Source: Gemmatimonadota bacterium
GTDB taxonomy: Bacteria > Gemmatimonadota > Gemmatimonadetes > Gemmatimonadales > Gemmatimonadaceae
NCBI GenBank assembly: GCA_031372565.1
Contig: JANMLN010000058.1
Location: 1-56,135, forward strand
Direction of reading: 5' to 3'
DNA: 56,135 nucleotides
Under the pieces are notes generated by a model, which was not told where the DNA came from, searched no databases, and saw only the letters and a program-made list of their open reading frames with translations. Numbering within the stretch: the first letter of the stretch is position 1; each line of letters starts with the position of its first letter. Positions 55,401 through 56,135 of this stretch are shown piece after piece. The position numbers and the translations under genes were made by a program.

Positions 55401-56135
55401 CATCGCGCGACTGCGACACGCCGTACCGGGCGTCTCGCTCATCTCGCCGCCGCCCCATCACGACATCTATTCGATCGAGGATCTCGCACAGCTGGTCTTC
55501 GACCTCAAGGCGGTGAACCCGCGGGCACGCGTCGGGGTCAAGCTGGTGGCATCGGCGGGGGTCGGCACCGTGGCCGCGGGTGTGGCCAAGGCGTTCGCCG
55601 ATTACGTGCTGATCGCGGGCCACGCCGGCGGCACGGGCGCATCGCCGCTCAGCTCGATCAAGCACGCGGGCGCGCCGTGGGAGCTCGGTCTGGCCGAGGC
55701 CCAGCGCGTGCTCGTGCGCAACGGCATGCGGCATCGGGTCGAAGTCCGCGTCGACGGCGGCTTCCGCACCGGGCGGGATGTGGTGATCGCGGCGCTGCTG
55801 GGCGCCGAGTCGTACGGCTTCGGGACCAGCGCGCTGGTCGCCATGGGATGTGCCATGGCGCGTCAGTGCCACCTCAACTCCTGTCCCACTGGCATCGCGT
55901 CGCAGAAGCCGGAGTTGCGGGCAAAGTTCACGGGTACGCCTGACCAGGTGATCGCGTACTTCACCTACCTGGCCGACGAGGTGCGCGTGCTGCTCGCGTC
56001 CCTTGGCGCGCGCACGATCGACGAGATCATCGGGCGCGCCGACCTGCTCGAGCGCGTCCCGACGCCCGAGACGCCGCGCGCCGCACTGCTGGATCTCTCG
56101 GCGTTGCTCTCGCCGGCCACCAGCGCCACCGAGCC
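52393..56135 (+). CDS. gltB: Glutamate synthase large subunit (3' truncated by window end)
   Basis: Absent from the track because no stop falls in the window. Read in one frame: HDACGTGFVA, HRGG, HERYATNT.P.W..AQPFR..AHNGEINT, EPWDGPA, FAQVTNPPID, AMSLGALS.EAH, SGEGGED, QGAKPGEGGQLP, ISPPPHHDIYSIEDL and CHLNSCPTGI. The GTG start is tentative. Confidence 0.97.
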   Translation, partial: MQNNAVAPVGAPDERHAARGAFALDDHLNSPYAAHDACGTGFVARADGARTREVVAMALEALARVAHRGGAATDGSGDGAGILTQIPQELLRTAPRPMAAATGGDLPFAVGMFFIPSAPAARDRALDMIEGVLSDDGLPFLGWRAVPVDSAVLGPTAASAEPIIMQAFVGQPMGAADDDAWERQLYLARRDMEHRAVAEGLAGFYVCSLSCRTIVYKALVTGSVLPAFYPDLRDDRFTSALAIFHERYATNTLPRWELAQPFRFLAHNGEINTIWGNRNAMAMRQGMLASRLFGEKMDRLRDVIVPGMSDSASLDNALELLLRTGCTPVHAVMMLVPQAWERFPDVEPAIRAFYEYHQCVIEPWDGPAALAYSDGVAAAMSLDRNGLRPSRYKVRADGLVIAGSEVGLADFAVGEIVESGKLGPGSMLVVDTASGRIMKSLEAKREVAARKPYGKWVAQYMSTLSLDPGTTPLILPATSLRRTQRAFGHGFESLRFVLEPMAGGGADAVWSMGDDAPIPPLAQVPPSPYGYLRQRFAQVTNPPIDSLREAMVMSLRMHIGRRGSPLEERPSYARMLRIEHPVLMPREMDELRALPRFPSELLDATWPAHHGPDGLVRALDSLCHAAERAARRGVPLLIVSDRAAGPERAPLPALLAVGAVRQHLVRTGLRAQVGLVVEAGDAMDAHDIAALIGYGAEAVHPWLAMASAAAMFAEAPDHGRGSDTGVERPSPADAQLRLRSALGKGLLKILAKLGISTLSSYCGAQTFDALGLGAEVVDRCFGGTVSPLGGVGFHEIAVDVLAHHAAAFGADVVESLPDLGRVRYRKDGDEHAWAPPVVVALQAAVGSGRAVRTGGTASAAGYDAYMTAATARRPTAPRDLLGFRAQRPVPLDEVEPAEAIRQRFVSSAMSLGALSPEAHATLSIAMNRMGARSNSGEGGEDPALYRVPEGNDRADNRIKQVASGRFGVTTEYLVRAEELEIKIVQGAKPGEGGQLPAHKVTDLIARLRHAVPGVSLISPPPHHDIYSIEDLAQLVFDLKAVNPRARVGVKLVASAGVGTVAAGVAKAFADYVLIAGHAGGTGASPLSSIKHAGAPWELGLAEAQRVLVRNGMRHRVEVRVDGGFRTGRDVVIAALLGAESYGFGTSALVAMGCAMARQCHLNSCPTGIASQKPELRAKFTGTPDQVIAYFTYLADEVRVLLASLGARTIDEIIGRADLLERVPTPETPRAALLDLSALLSPATSATE

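Noticed and set aside
1..56135. CRISPR array, transposase, prophage or defence genes
   Set aside because: No regularly spaced repeats or recognisable motifs were found by eye. The Asp-box repeats in the VPS10 genes are protein-level repeats.

Overview
High-GC bacterial window. Gene content and style suggest Gemmatimonadota, but this is inference only. From left to right: (1) a DUF4331/DUF4331/TPR-DUF6702/hypothetical/DUF4399 cluster of exported proteins behind a candidate SigK-like ECF promoter; (2) a 78-bp palindromic repeat; (3) a ~25-kb, 21-gene, tightly coupled minus-strand Wzx/Wzy polysaccharide operon with 9 GT4-type domains in 8 genes, 5 methyltransferases, an acyltransferase, a GNAT, a deacetylase, an AsnB-like enzyme, WecA and Fcl, divergent from wza-wzc; (4) a PilT-like protein whose ATPase motifs are degenerate, an alkylglycerol-monooxygenase-like desaturase, a lipoprotein, an orphan KdpE-like regulator, a small ORF with a candidate sigma54 promoter and an ssrA-like C-terminus, and tRNA-Pro(GGG); (5) an ABC exporter, an aldo/keto reductase, an MBL hydrolase, two convergent VPS10/BNR-repeat paralogs flanking an exported amidohydrolase and a beta-propeller, and the 5' part of gltB, which runs off the window end. 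No transposase, integrase, phage gene or CRISPR array was seen. Start codons were re-chosen by eye from stop/start overlaps and RBS, and most other ORFs in the track are GC-rich shadows. Family calls come from motif recognition, not database searches.
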